64,000 nt of DNA from Chloroflexota bacterium (GCA_009840135.1 VXOH01000101.1:8106-72105), one strand, 5' to 3'. Positions 17,366 through 27,613 are shown, counted from the first letter of the stretch. Notes: generated by a model not told the origin, from the sequence alone. Numbers and translations: made by a program.

Positions 17366-18943
17366 ATGACATCCAACGGCCCCGTAAAGTCCACCGCTCT
17401 CGACTGGATTGAGAACAACCGCCAATGGCTCTCAGATCTACACCTGGAAATCTGGAACTACGCCGAGCCCGCGTACCGGGAATACCGTTCCGCGGCGGCG
17501 TATGTTGACCTGCTGCGCAAGAACGGCTTCGACGTCGAAGAGGGTTCCGGGGATATGCCCACCGCATTTTCCGCCACCTGGGGCCAGGGGAGCCCAACGC
17601 TGGCCACCTTTGCAGAATACGACGCGGTACCGGGAAACTCCCAGCAACCCGTTCCCTACCTGGCCCCCAGGGAAGGGCTGCATCCCTGGGCCGCCGGCCA
17701 CACCGACCCCCATTCATCCCTGGGCGTGGCGGCTTTGATGGGAATCCTGGCCGCGAAATCGGCCATGGAAACCCATAGTATTCCCGGCACACTGCGCATC
17801 TTCGGGGAACCGGCGGAGAAAATCTGCGGTTCCAAGCCGGTACATGCGGCCAAGGGCTACTACGACAAACTGGATGCTGCCGTCGTTTACCATCCCCATA
17901 CCACCAACACGGTGGCATGGGAGACTCACTGCGGGTCCTACTGGAGCGTAGTCTTCACTTTTGAATGCCTGGAGCCGGAGAAATGGATGGATGCCAGCCT
18001 GCTGGCCGCCCCGGACCGGCCTCACACGGTGGCCCGGTGCCCCGGCGCGCTGGATGCGGTCTGCCTGATGTACACCAACACCAAGTACACCAAGGAGGCA
18101 ATGTTTCCCCACACGGGAACATGGACCCTCAACGAATACATACTGGCCGGCGGCCAGTGTACATCCGACAATTTGCCTCCCCGGTTCAGCCAGATACAGT
18201 ACGCCTGGCGGTCGCCCACCCTGGACATCCAGGAGCGAATTTACCAGGTGCTGGAACGCAACGCCCGCCACGCCGCCGAGGTGACCGGCTGCGTTGTCAC
18301 TCCCCGCTGGGTTACCAAGACCCGGGTGGGGTTGCCCAACCTGGCCCTGGCAGAATTAACCTACCGGAACCTGAAGCAGGTGGGCGCTCCCGAGATGAGC
18401 GACAACGCCCGCGCCTTCGCCCGCACCATCCAGAAGAACCTGGGCCTGGACCCCATGGACGATCCCTTCACCAACGATAACCTGCGCCTCCAGCTGCCCC
18501 AGGACTATGAGGCGGCCCAGAAGCGGAGCCTTCCTCCCTGGCAGCTGAATTTCACCTCGGACGATTATGTGGAGTACACCTGGCATTGCCCCACGGCCCG
18601 CCTGCATACCTCCAGGCCCAGGCTGCGGCCACCAGGGGGAGGTTTCACCTACCCCATGTGGACCCTCAACGCCATGGGCGGAGTCCGGGATTGTATCGAC
18701 CCCGGCATGTTCGTGGCGGGACAGACAATTGCCGGCACCCTGACGGACTTGCTTACCAGTCCCGGCGAATTGGAAAAAGCGCAATCCGAGTTTAGCGACC
18801 GAACCGGCGGGGGCATCGGAGGCGACAAGTGGGTTGCCCCGCTGTTGACGGCAGACTTTGTACCCCCGGTGGACCTGCGCTGGCCGGAGTATGTGGAAAC
18901 GGCCAGGGGCACGGAATGGTGGATACCCACGCCGGCCGTTTAG
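17366..18943 (+). CDS. M20-family amidohydrolase, AbgB (aminobenzoyl-glutamate hydrolase subunit B)-like
   Basis: 525 aa. The N-terminal region (NRQWLSDLHLEIWNYAEPAYREYRSAAYVDLLRKNGFDVE ... FAEYDAVPG ... HTDPH) matches the AbgB-like layout. Confidence 0.7.
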   Translation: MTSNGPVKSTALDWIENNRQWLSDLHLEIWNYAEPAYREYRSAAAYVDLLRKNGFDVEEGSGDMPTAFSATWGQGSPTLATFAEYDAVPGNSQQPVPYLAPREGLHPWAAGHTDPHSSLGVAALMGILAAKSAMETHSIPGTLRIFGEPAEKICGSKPVHAAKGYYDKLDAAVVYHPHTTNTVAWETHCGSYWSVVFTFECLEPEKWMDASLLAAPDRPHTVARCPGALDAVCLMYTNTKYTKEAMFPHTGTWTLNEYILAGGQCTSDNLPPRFSQIQYAWRSPTLDIQERIYQVLERNARHAAEVTGCVVTPRWVTKTRVGLPNLALAELTYRNLKQVGAPEMSDNARAFARTIQKNLGLDPMDDPFTNDNLRLQLPQDYEAAQKRSLPPWQLNFTSDDYVEYTWHCPTARLHTSRPRLRPPGGGFTYPMWTLNAMGGVRDCIDPGMFVAGQTIAGTLTDLLTSPGELEKAQSEFSDRTGGGIGGDKWVAPLLTADFVPPVDLRWPEYVETARGTEWWIPTPAV

Positions 18944-19037
18944 CTCCGGCTTCTAATTATGGGAGAGGGTGTCAGGGCGTTTCGTCAAATTGCTCCGTCA
19001 TTGCGGTGGAATCATGTATTTTGACTTTAGAAAGCGA

Positions 19038-19057
19038 GGTTCCCGCCTTCGCGGGAA
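19038..19057. repeat. short palindromic REP-like hairpin (GTTCCCGC-CTTC-GCGGGAAC)
   Basis: Perfect 8-bp inverted repeat 95 nt after the M20 stop. The spurious ORF translation VPAFAGTT is typical of dispersed repeat units. Confidence 0.5.
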
Positions 19058-19161
19058 CGACGAAAAGGGCCGCTCCGAGACTTGTACTCCCAATTTGACG
19101 ACAGCCTCTAACAGACTCAGCTAAATCATCCAAACCTGAGTTGACCAAAGGAAAACAACCC

Positions 19162-20226
19162 ATGCCAGATATGGAAATTGGTGTCCAGTTTCACCTGCCC
19201 ACCTATGCGCACTTGCGGCTACCTGAATTAGTGGATCTGGCCAGGAAGGGCGAAGCAGGCGGCGTTTCCCAGCTATGGGTTACGGACAACCTGCGCAGCC
19301 GGCAGTCTTTCGTAACCCTGGCGGCCATGGCCAGCAACCTGAAAATCAAGCTGGGTACGGCGGTGGCCGTCCAATATTTTCGCAACCCGGTGGACCTGGC
19401 CGATTCAGTTGCAACTCTCAGTGAACTGATGGACGGGCGGGAACTCACCATTGGCCTGGGCCGGGGCAATCCAAGGACTCCCAGGCTGATCAGGACTCCC
19501 CGGCCCGTCAGCATCCTCCGGGAGACGGCGCAAAGCCTGCGCCGGCTGCTGAACGGAGAAGCCGTCTGTTTTGCGGACTATCCGGCCCTGCTGGACTATT
19601 ACCACTTCAACCCGGACGCCAGCTTCCAGCTTAACTTCAGCCCGGCCTCGCCGGTAACCATCTACTGCGGCAGCAACGGGCCACGCGGGCTGGCGGTGGG
19701 CGGGAAACACATGGACGGCCTGATTTTCGGCGGCCACTACCTGGCGGCCCTGCGTACCGGTAGGGTGCCTGAACTGCTGGGCATTTTTGATAGCTCGGCG
19801 CCATACACCGCCGGTTTGAACAGGGCTCCGAAGGTAGCCGAAATCAAGATATCCCTTTCAAGGGACCAGGAGAAGGCGCGGGAATTTGTTCGGGAAAGTG
19901 CCGGCCACCGAGTGCTCAATATGTACCGCCAGGGCTATACCCACGACGACATCGAAAAGCTCGGAGTTGCGCTTCCGGACGTGCAGCGCCTGGACATTGC
20001 CGAAAGCCAGGGGGCTGCGGGTAAGGAGTTGGACGAGCTGGTTACGGACTCCATGGTAGATGCCATTTTCATACCTGGCACGCCCGGGGATTGCCTCGAA
20101 AGAATGCTTGAGGTCAAGGAAACCGCCCGGAGCCAGGGCTTCGGACAGCTGATGTTCTCCGAGCTGGGGCCGGACGCAGATGAGGCCCTGTCCCTGCTTT
20201 GCGAAGAAATACTTCCGTCCTTGTAA
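19162..20226 (+). CDS. LLM-class flavin/F420-dependent oxidoreductase
   Basis: MEIGVQFH ... SQLWVTDNL ... KLGTAVAVQYFRNPVDLADSVATLSELMDGRELTIGLGRGN. The start is ATG 19162 (alternatives TTG 19141, ATG 19171). Confidence 0.8.
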   Translation: MPDMEIGVQFHLPTYAHLRLPELVDLARKGEAGGVSQLWVTDNLRSRQSFVTLAAMASNLKIKLGTAVAVQYFRNPVDLADSVATLSELMDGRELTIGLGRGNPRTPRLIRTPRPVSILRETAQSLRRLLNGEAVCFADYPALLDYYHFNPDASFQLNFSPASPVTIYCGSNGPRGLAVGGKHMDGLIFGGHYLAALRTGRVPELLGIFDSSAPYTAGLNRAPKVAEIKISLSRDQEKAREFVRESAGHRVLNMYRQGYTHDDIEKLGVALPDVQRLDIAESQGAAGKELDELVTDSMVDAIFIPGTPGDCLERMLEVKETARSQGFGQLMFSELGPDADEALSLLCEEILPSL

Positions 20227-20287
20227 AAACCCTTTTCAGGCCCCCTGTAACAAAAGCCTTTCAGACTTGGACCGGGGAGATGATTCG

Positions 20288-21790
20288 ATGGTACTGGACG
20301 TTTCAGCGGCAACCGGAGCCATGACCGGCTCCCGCTATATTCAGAGCCTTCGCGACGACAGGGAGGTCTGGCTTGACGGCCGGCGGGTTGAAGACGTGCC
20401 CGGCCATCCGGCCTTCCGGGGCATGGTAAACGAACTGGCGCGCATTTACGACCTGCAGCACTCCGATGAATTTGCCGACCTGATGACCTTTGTCTCCCCG
20501 GAAACGGGCAACCGGTGCAGCCTTTCCTGGCTGCTGCCGCGCTCCGTTGACGACCTGAAGCGGAAGCGCCGCAACAGCGAAATCTGGAACGAGCAGAGCT
20601 GGGGGCAACTGGGTCGCAGTCCCGACATTCTGGCGCCCCACATAACCGCCTTGTACGCTATCCGGGACTCCCTGGGTTCGGTGAAGCACCCCCAATGCGA
20701 CTTTGGGGAAAATATCGCCAACTACCACCGCTACTGCCAGGAGAATGACCTTTTTCTGACCCACGCCCTGGGAGACCCGCAGGTGGACCGGAGCCAGCAG
20801 CCGCAGAACGAGCAGCGGAATATCATAGAGGAGGAGCTTGCCCTGCACGTCGTTGAGGAGACTGCCGAGGGGATCATCATTACGGGCGGGAAGCAACTGG
20901 CGACAGCGGCTCCCATCAGCAACGAGACCTACGTGTCCCTGTCTGCCACCTTTTTGCGCCGGTCGGACCCCAAATGCGTCCTGGCATTTGCCATCCCCAC
21001 CAACAGCCCCGGCCTGAAGATTCTCTGCCGGGAGCCCGTTTCCTACGGATACGGCGGTTTCGGTCACCCCCTGGGATTGAACTATGACGAGCAGGACGCC
21101 ATGCTCTTTTTCGAAGAGGTACTGGTGCCCTGGGACCGAATATTCATGCTCTACGATTCGTCTCCCCTGGTGGCCAACCTCACCCGAAGGACCAATTTCC
21201 AGGGCTGGCCCAATTTGGTCCGCATTCATCAGCGCATGAAGGTGATGACCGCCGTGGCCAGCCTTATCGCCGAGGCCATTGGCGTCATCGAATACCGGGA
21301 GGTATCGGCCAAGCTGGGCGAAATGGCAACCTACACCGAAATGTGGCGTCACGCCATGGACGGCATCGAGCACAACGCTTTCCTTACCGAGGACGGCCTC
21401 ATGTCCCTGGGCGATATGAACGCCATGAACATCTTTTTCAGCCAGATGTCGTCGCGCATGGTTGAGCTTCTCCGGGAAATTGCCGGCTCCGGAATAATCA
21501 TGCAGCCCAGCGAGAGGGACCTTTCCAACCCCGAGCTGAGGGGATACCTGGACAAGTACATGAGGGGAAAGGGTGTGGACGTGGAGTATAAGTCCAGACT
21601 GTTCCGGCTGGCTCATGACCTGGCGGTGTCCTCCTTTGGCATGCGACAGGAAATCTATGAGTACTGGCACGGGGGCGACCCTAACCGAAACCGGATAAAC
21701 CTGCTTCGCAACTACGAACAATCAGACGTCATGGAAAAGGTCAAGGAAATGCTTTCGCACCCGCTCTCCAACGAAGGTCAAAGCGGCTGA
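20288..21790 (+). CDS. 4-hydroxyphenylacetate 3-monooxygenase oxygenase-component (HpaB) family
   Basis: MTGSRYIQSLRDDREVWLDGRRVEDVPGHPAFRG ... IWNEQSWGQLGRSPD. ATG 20288 follows GGGGAGA. Confidence 0.85.
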   Translation: MVLDVSAATGAMTGSRYIQSLRDDREVWLDGRRVEDVPGHPAFRGMVNELARIYDLQHSDEFADLMTFVSPETGNRCSLSWLLPRSVDDLKRKRRNSEIWNEQSWGQLGRSPDILAPHITALYAIRDSLGSVKHPQCDFGENIANYHRYCQENDLFLTHALGDPQVDRSQQPQNEQRNIIEEELALHVVEETAEGIIITGGKQLATAAPISNETYVSLSATFLRRSDPKCVLAFAIPTNSPGLKILCREPVSYGYGGFGHPLGLNYDEQDAMLFFEEVLVPWDRIFMLYDSSPLVANLTRRTNFQGWPNLVRIHQRMKVMTAVASLIAEAIGVIEYREVSAKLGEMATYTEMWRHAMDGIEHNAFLTEDGLMSLGDMNAMNIFFSQMSSRMVELLREIAGSGIIMQPSERDLSNPELRGYLDKYMRGKGVDVEYKSRLFRLAHDLAVSSFGMRQEIYEYWHGGDPNRNRINLLRNYEQSDVMEKVKEMLSHPLSNEGQSG

Positions 21791-21847
21791 TGCCGCGCCA
21801 TAAAACCACGCAACCCTATGGGGAAAGCAGCGGCGCTGTTGGTCAAT

Positions 21848-21877
21848 TTGTTCAGGGCAACAGGCTAATGTTATACT
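21848..21877 (+). promoter_or_regulatory. candidate promoter (TTGTTC-18-TGT-TATACT)
   Basis: -35 at 21848-21853, extended -10 TGTTATACT ending at 21877. It lies 45 nt upstream of the antiporter ATG. Confidence 0.4.
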
Positions 21878-21922
21878 CCTCTGCGGCAATTCAGCTTCAA
21901 CAACAGGGACATACCAACTGAT

Positions 21923-23308
21923 ATGGGTGAATTACTGAACCTCCCGGCGCTACCTCTCTCCCTCTTTCAGGCCGGAGGCGGGGGCGAGCTCAGCCAAATC
22001 CTCATCCGGCTGCTGATCCAGATTTCCGTCATTCTGTTTGCCGCCAAGATAGCCGGAGAACTGGCCACCAGGTTCCTGAAGATCCCCTCGGTTCTTGCCG
22101 AGCTGGGTGTAGGTGTAGCAATCGGGCCCTTCGCACTGGGGGGCCTGGCACTGTTTGGGTTTGGGCCACTGTTTCCCATACCCCTGGTGGATGGCAAAGA
22201 GGCGACCATACCGGTAAGCAACGAGTTGTACTCCCTGGCCCAACTGGGTTCCATAGTGTTGCTGTTTGCCATCGGCCTGGAAACCAACCTGCGCCAGTTC
22301 GTTCGATATGCCGGCCCGGCCACGGCGGTGGCCCTGGGCGGTGTCGTATTCCCCTTTGCCCTGGGAGTGACTGCGACGGTGGTTTTCGGATTTGCCGGCC
22401 CGGATGGATGGGCTTCTCCCCAGGCGCTGTTCATGGGAGCCATCATGACCGCCACCTCCGTTGGCATTACCGCTCGCGTGTTGGCGGACCTGCACCGGCT
22501 GGACGACCCGGAAGGCGTGACCATTATTGCCGCCGCCGTTGTTGACGATGTATTGGGCATCCTGGTTCTGACGGTAGTCGTAGGCATCAGCACCACCGAC
22601 ACCTTCACCCTTGGGACCCTGGGCTGGGTGAGCTTCAAGGCGATTGGGTTCTGGCTGGGCCTGACGGCTGTTGGCATTCTGGTTGCGCCCCTGTTCGAGA
22701 AGGTTCTGGAGAGATTCAGTTCAACCAGCGCGCTGATGTGCATTCCCCTGGCGCTGGCCCTGCTGGCGGCGGGCCTGTCCGAGGTATTTGGCCTGGCTTT
22801 CATTATCGGCGCGTTTTCCATCGGCCTGGCCCTTTCCACCACCCGGTTGGGACACCTGGTAGAAGCGGCAATGCTGGGCATCGTGGACTTCCTGGTTCCC
22901 GTGTTCTTCGTGGTCATGGGGATGCTGGTAAACGTGGGCGCCATGGTTTCCTCGCCAGCCGTAATCTACTTCGGGCTGATAATTTCAGTCCTCGCCATCG
23001 TTTCCAAGGTGTTTGGCTCGGGCGGGCCGGCCCTGGCCAGCGGCTTCAACATGCGGGGCAGCGCACGAATCGGCGTGGGCATGATGCCCCGTGGAGAGGT
23101 GGCGCTGATAATCGCCGGCATTGGCCTGTCCCACGGAATTATCGGTCAGGACCTGTTCGGAGTAAGCATAATGATGACGGTGCTGACCACCCTCATCGCG
23201 CCGGTAATCCTGGTTCCCCTGTTCCGGTCGGGCGGCAGCGGCGTCCGCAAACTGGCCAATGAAGAATCGGAGCAGGACGGGGCCATCGCCGAGGCTGTGG
23301 AGGACTAA
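21923..23308 (+). CDS. cation:proton antiporter (CPA2 / Kef-NapA type)
   Basis: 461 aa and polytopic with the typical layout: ILFAAKIAGELATRFLKIPSVLAELGVGVAIGP ... MMPRGEVALIIA. Confidence 0.85.
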   Translation: MGELLNLPALPLSLFQAGGGGELSQILIRLLIQISVILFAAKIAGELATRFLKIPSVLAELGVGVAIGPFALGGLALFGFGPLFPIPLVDGKEATIPVSNELYSLAQLGSIVLLFAIGLETNLRQFVRYAGPATAVALGGVVFPFALGVTATVVFGFAGPDGWASPQALFMGAIMTATSVGITARVLADLHRLDDPEGVTIIAAAVVDDVLGILVLTVVVGISTTDTFTLGTLGWVSFKAIGFWLGLTAVGILVAPLFEKVLERFSSTSALMCIPLALALLAAGLSEVFGLAFIIGAFSIGLALSTTRLGHLVEAAMLGIVDFLVPVFFVVMGMLVNVGAMVSSPAVIYFGLIISVLAIVSKVFGSGGPALASGFNMRGSARIGVGMMPRGEVALIIAGIGLSHGIIGQDLFGVSIMMTVLTTLIAPVILVPLFRSGGSGVRKLANEESEQDGAIAEAVED

Positions 23309-23376
23309 CAAGCCGATGGGCGGGCGAGTCTGGTCGGCCGGTCACCAGAGAAGCGCTGCAAACAGGAGAACTGACT

Positions 23377-23661
23377 ATGATAGGTGTTTTGACCCACCAC
23401 TGGGCCAAGGCTGACAAAATAGCGGAGGCCAGGACCCTGCTGGATGGCAATGGTCTGGCCCAAAGCAAGGCTCCTGGCTTTGGTAGCCGTGAGACTCTTT
23501 ATTCGCTGTCGGACCCCACCAAGATAACCACCCTGGTTATCTGGGACAGCAACGATATCTACGATGCCTGGCGGGCCAGCCCGGAGAGGGCAGTTGCCAT
23601 GGCCGGCGCGGAGGAACTGTGGTCCCAGCCGCCCGAGTCGGAGCGGTTTGAAGTAGCTTAA
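23377..23661 (+). CDS. antibiotic-biosynthesis-monooxygenase (ABM)-like small alpha+beta protein
   Basis: 94 aa with an ABM-like pattern: VLTHHWAK ... TLVIWDSNDIYDAWRASPE. Confidence 0.6.
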   Translation: MIGVLTHHWAKADKIAEARTLLDGNGLAQSKAPGFGSRETLYSLSDPTKITTLVIWDSNDIYDAWRASPERAVAMAGAEELWSQPPESERFEVA

Positions 23662-23724
23662 CGGCCTTCCGAGCCAGGGGCCGTTGCCCGGGCTTTCCCG
23701 GGTTGAAGGGGCGCGCTTGAACCA

Positions 23725-24828
23725 TCAGGGCAGGATTGCCCCCAGGCCCCCATCCAGGTGCTTTTCGGCCAGTTCGGTAAAGCGGGCAAGTTTGTGGCGG
23801 CTGCAAGGGTGGGCCATATCCACCAGGGCTCCCAGAGACTCGGCAGTTTCTAGGGTGTTTCCGGGCACCACCAGGAGAGCGGCATCTCGCTTCTGGGCCT
23901 CCACCCGAATGTATTCGGTCGGCTCTTCTCCCTCCGTCAACACCAGGAGCCGGGTATTGCACATGAGGCTGGCCATCTGTATGTCCGGCCTGGCGGCCCT
24001 GGTGATGACCGCCTGGTAGGGGAAACGACCGAGATAGTTCGGCCCCGAATCAAGGATGTTGCCTCCAATCAGAAACCGGTCCACCCAGCGGTCCGGGTCG
24101 GACGGGTCCTCAATCCACTCTCCCCCGAGAAATTCGGCCACCTGCCGCAGCGTCAGGGCCAGCATCTGCCTGTCTTCGGGAATCGCGCCCAATACGGGCA
24201 GCCCCTGCTCCCTGAGATCCGCAACCATGTCCACCATGAGCTCTCTTTCCCGGTGCCGGGGGACATTGTTGATAACCACTCCCGCCAGGCTGTCGCCGAG
24301 GTGAACCGCCCGTTCCTTGACGGCGCTGGACACGGTAGCAGGTGGGGCGCCGGCAGGGCAACCGAAAACCAGCACGACTTGGCTTTTTGCCGATGTAGCC
24401 TGAGCTTCCCAATCTACAATGGTCAGGTCGAAGGTTGACTCCAGGCTGGACAGGTTGGCCTCGACCTGGTCGGCGTGCGCATCCGAGAGGCTCGTGGGCA
24501 GGTCGTCGAAAGAAACAGGCTGGGAAAGAGGGGGAGGCACCCCCTCCTGAGGCGATCCGGACTCCACCAGCAGGGGCGCCAGAAACCCAACGTCCCCATC
24601 AGCCTCGGGAGTAACCGAAAGGGGCTTGTAATAAGCCACTCTCCGGCCCATCTGGGAGGATTTCACAGCCAAGGCCCCGGCCAGGCAGGTCTTGCCTGCG
24701 CCGGGTTGATTGGACACCAGGTTTATTATTGCCAAATCTTCGCACCCTCTATCGCCTGAGACTGCAAAAATTCTACCACAGGTGTTATTTGCGGAACGCC
24801 GCTGCGGGCGCTTCGCTATGATAAACAT
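23725..24828 (-). CDS. stand-alone P-loop plus DRTGG-domain protein (phosphotransacetylase N-terminal-region-like)
   Basis: NQPGAGKTCLAGALA P-loop, then a DRTGG-like segment (LLVLTEGEEPTEYIRVEAQKRDAALLVVPGNTLETA). No Pta catalytic domain. An alternative TTG start at 24735 has a GAGGG RBS. Confidence 0.6.
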   Translation of the reverse strand: MFIIAKRPQRRSANNTCGRIFAVSGDRGCEDLAIINLVSNQPGAGKTCLAGALAVKSSQMGRRVAYYKPLSVTPEADGDVGFLAPLLVESGSPQEGVPPPLSQPVSFDDLPTSLSDAHADQVEANLSSLESTFDLTIVDWEAQATSAKSQVVLVFGCPAGAPPATVSSAVKERAVHLGDSLAGVVINNVPRHRERELMVDMVADLREQGLPVLGAIPEDRQMLALTLRQVAEFLGGEWIEDPSDPDRWVDRFLIGGNILDSGPNYLGRFPYQAVITRAARPDIQMASLMCNTRLLVLTEGEEPTEYIRVEAQKRDAALLVVPGNTLETAESLGALVDMAHPCSRHKLARFTELAEKHLDGGLGAILP

Positions 24829-24934
24829 TTTGCGCCAATATCGCTTTCAACAAGCTCATGGTCCGCCGGAGAACGCGACGGGCCCTGTGTTAGAATTGTC
24901 ACCATCTCAACTTCCTCAATTCTGGAGCATTTGA

Positions 24935-27613
24935 ATGGTCTCAATAGCCTACGAAAAAGTCACCTTGTCCAACGGACTGGACGTGATTCTTCACGAAGAT
25001 CACTCCATCCCCCTGGCCGCCGTCAACGTGTGGTACCACGTTGGTTCCAAGAATGAAGTTCCAGGCCGCACCGGCTTTGCCCACCTGTTCGAGCACGTCA
25101 TGTTTGAGGGTTCGGGGCACCACAACAGCAGCCATTTCGAACCGCTGCAGAAGGTTGGCGCCAACCTCAATGGTTCCACCAATCCCGACCGGACCAATTA
25201 CTGGGAAGACGTGCCGTCCAATTATCTTGAACTGGCCCTCTGGCTGGAGTCCGACCGGATGGGATTCCTGCTGGATGCCCTGGACCAGCAGAGATTCGAG
25301 ATTCAGCGCGACGTAGTGAAAAACGAGAGGCGCCAGAGCTACGAGAATCGGCCCTACGGCATGGCGCAATGGAACATCCAGGAAGCTGTCTTCCCGCTTC
25401 CTCATCCTTACCACTGGATGACCATCGGGTCCCAGGAGGACCTGGACGCGGCCAGCTTGGACGATATCAAGGACTTTTTCAGGCGCTTCTATTCGCCTTC
25501 CAATGCCAGCCTGGCCATTGCTGGCGACATTCACCGGGACGAAGCGCTGGAGATGGCTAACCGCTATTTCGGAGACCTTCCCCCGGGACCTCCGGTGCGG
25601 CGTATCGGGCGTTTCGACTCCGGGCTGGGCGGACGGGTGGAGCTGGAAATGCGGGACAGGGTGTCGCTGCCCCGGCTGTACATCGTGTGGCCGGCTCTCC
25701 CCGATTACGATCCTGACGAGGCGGCGCTGGAGATGTTGCGGGCGGTGCTGGCGGACGGCCAAAGCTCCAGGCTGTACCGCTCCCTGGTTTACGAAAAGCA
25801 GATAGCGCAAAGCGTGGGAGTGAGAAACCACTCGGCGGAAATAGCCGGGCAGTTCATGGTAGAGGTTACCGCTGCCGCCGGGCACGATCTGGATGAAATA
25901 GAAGCCGCCGTTGTGGCCGAAATTGAGCGCATCTGGCGCGAGCCACCTACTTCGGAAGAACTGGAGCGGGCCAAGAACCGGCTGGAGAGTTCCCACTACC
26001 GGCAACTGGCGCGCATCGGCGGCTTCGGGGGCCGGGCGGATATTCTGAACTATTACAACGTCTATTACGGCGATCCAGGCATGATCAACACCGGCCTGGA
26101 CAAGTACATGGCGGTCCAGGGGGAGGACATTCTCCGCGTCGGGAAGCAGGTCCTTGCCCAGAGGCAGGTGCGCCTGCGAGTCCTGCCGGAGACTACCCTC
26201 CAGGCGGGGTCGAAGACCGTCCTGGACCGCACCGCCCAGCCGCCGGCCGGCGAGGAACCGGAATTCGTCGCCCCCGTACCGGTCCACCGCAGCCTGGAGA
26301 ACGGCCTGACCGTGACGATGGTGGAAAAGAGGGGAGTCCCCATTGTTTCCTTCGCTCTCATGGTGCAGGCCGGGGCTATCTCGGACCCGCCCGAACTGCC
26401 CGGCCTGGCTTCCTTTACCACCCAGTTGCTGCCCGAAGGCACCACGACCAGATCCAGCCAGGATATCGCCAACGCCTTCGAGTTCATCGGGGCGCGGCTG
26501 TCTGCTGAGACACGGAAGGAGGTCAGCCTGCTTTCCACGGAGACACTGACCAGGCACTGGGCGACTGCCCTGGAATTGATGGCCGACGTGGTACAAAACG
26601 CCAGTTTCCCGGAGTACGAAGTCGAACGTATCCGCAGGGAGCACTTGACCGACCTCCGCCGGGGAAAGGACGACCCCACCTTTATTGCCGAGACCATTAT
26701 GCCTGGGCTGGTTTTCGGCAAAGACTCCCGCTACGGGCATCCGTCAATAGGAACGGAAGAGTCGGTGGCTGCGATGTCCCGCGAAGATATGCAGAGCCTG
26801 TTTGAAAAGCGCTACGGTCCATCGGGCACCAACCTGGTGGTGGTGGGTGACGTCAGCCTGGAAGAGGTAATGGAGCAGGCCCAGCGGTTGTTTGGCAACT
26901 GGAAAAACGAGGAGTCCGCGCCGGTCGAATCAGATAGCTCCGCAGAGCCATCAGAGACCGGTCCGGAACAGACCACGATCTACCTGGTTGACAAACCCGG
27001 GGCGGCGCAGTCGGTTATCAGGGCGGGCCATGTGACGATCCACCGAGGGCACGAGGACTATTCGGCCATGAGTCTGCTCAATTTTTCCTTTGGCGGACAG
27101 TTCTCAGCCCGGCTGAACCAGAACCTGCGGCAGGACAAGGGTTACAGCTATGGCTTCAATTCCGGCATTTCCTGGTACCGCGCCCCGTCCCTGCTGGTTG
27201 CCGGCGGCAGTGTACAAACTGCAGTTACCAGGGAGTCGGTGCAGGAAACCCTGAAGGAATTCGGAGGTATCCACGCAGAGCGGCCCATTACCGAGGAAGA
27301 GCTTGCTTCCGCCAAAGCGGGAATGCTGCTGGGATACCCGGCAGGATTCGAGCGACCCGCCCAGATTCTGGGCCAGGTTATCCAGTTGCTCCAGCACGAA
27401 CTACCCGACGATTATTTCAGGAACGCCACCGAGCGCATTTCAGGCGTGACTTTGGACGACGTCAGGGACGTTGGAAAGGAACGAATACGTCCGCAGGAAC
27501 TGAAAATCCTGGTGGTGGGAGACCGTTCGACCGTGGAGCCGGGGCTGAATGAGCTGGGGCTTCCGTTGGTCCATCTGGACAACGAAGGATTTGTCCTCTC
27601 TGAAGAATCCTGA
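24935..27613 (+). CDS. M16 (pitrilysin/insulinase) family zinc peptidase, four-domain fused form
   Basis: 892 aa. The H-x-x-E-H zinc motif (HLFEHVMFEGS) is in the first half. The second half is homologous but lacks the motif. Confidence 0.85.
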   Translation: MVSIAYEKVTLSNGLDVILHEDHSIPLAAVNVWYHVGSKNEVPGRTGFAHLFEHVMFEGSGHHNSSHFEPLQKVGANLNGSTNPDRTNYWEDVPSNYLELALWLESDRMGFLLDALDQQRFEIQRDVVKNERRQSYENRPYGMAQWNIQEAVFPLPHPYHWMTIGSQEDLDAASLDDIKDFFRRFYSPSNASLAIAGDIHRDEALEMANRYFGDLPPGPPVRRIGRFDSGLGGRVELEMRDRVSLPRLYIVWPALPDYDPDEAALEMLRAVLADGQSSRLYRSLVYEKQIAQSVGVRNHSAEIAGQFMVEVTAAAGHDLDEIEAAVVAEIERIWREPPTSEELERAKNRLESSHYRQLARIGGFGGRADILNYYNVYYGDPGMINTGLDKYMAVQGEDILRVGKQVLAQRQVRLRVLPETTLQAGSKTVLDRTAQPPAGEEPEFVAPVPVHRSLENGLTVTMVEKRGVPIVSFALMVQAGAISDPPELPGLASFTTQLLPEGTTTRSSQDIANAFEFIGARLSAETRKEVSLLSTETLTRHWATALELMADVVQNASFPEYEVERIRREHLTDLRRGKDDPTFIAETIMPGLVFGKDSRYGHPSIGTEESVAAMSREDMQSLFEKRYGPSGTNLVVVGDVSLEEVMEQAQRLFGNWKNEESAPVESDSSAEPSETGPEQTTIYLVDKPGAAQSVIRAGHVTIHRGHEDYSAMSLLNFSFGGQFSARLNQNLRQDKGYSYGFNSGISWYRAPSLLVAGGSVQTAVTRESVQETLKEFGGIHAERPITEEELASAKAGMLLGYPAGFERPAQILGQVIQLLQHELPDDYFRNATERISGVTLDDVRDVGKERIRPQELKILVVGDRSTVEPGLNELGLPLVHLDNEGFVLSEES

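Noticed and set aside
20303-21721. 472-aa minus-strand ORF opposite HpaB. Similar shadow ORFs are 24941..26740, 37874..38935, 55369..56469, 60484..62214, 49870..50883, 34248..35279, 29935..30972, 21967..22944 and 47380..48255.
   Set aside because: All are antisense or off-frame to confidently recognised genes and show a GC-rich shadow-ORF composition.
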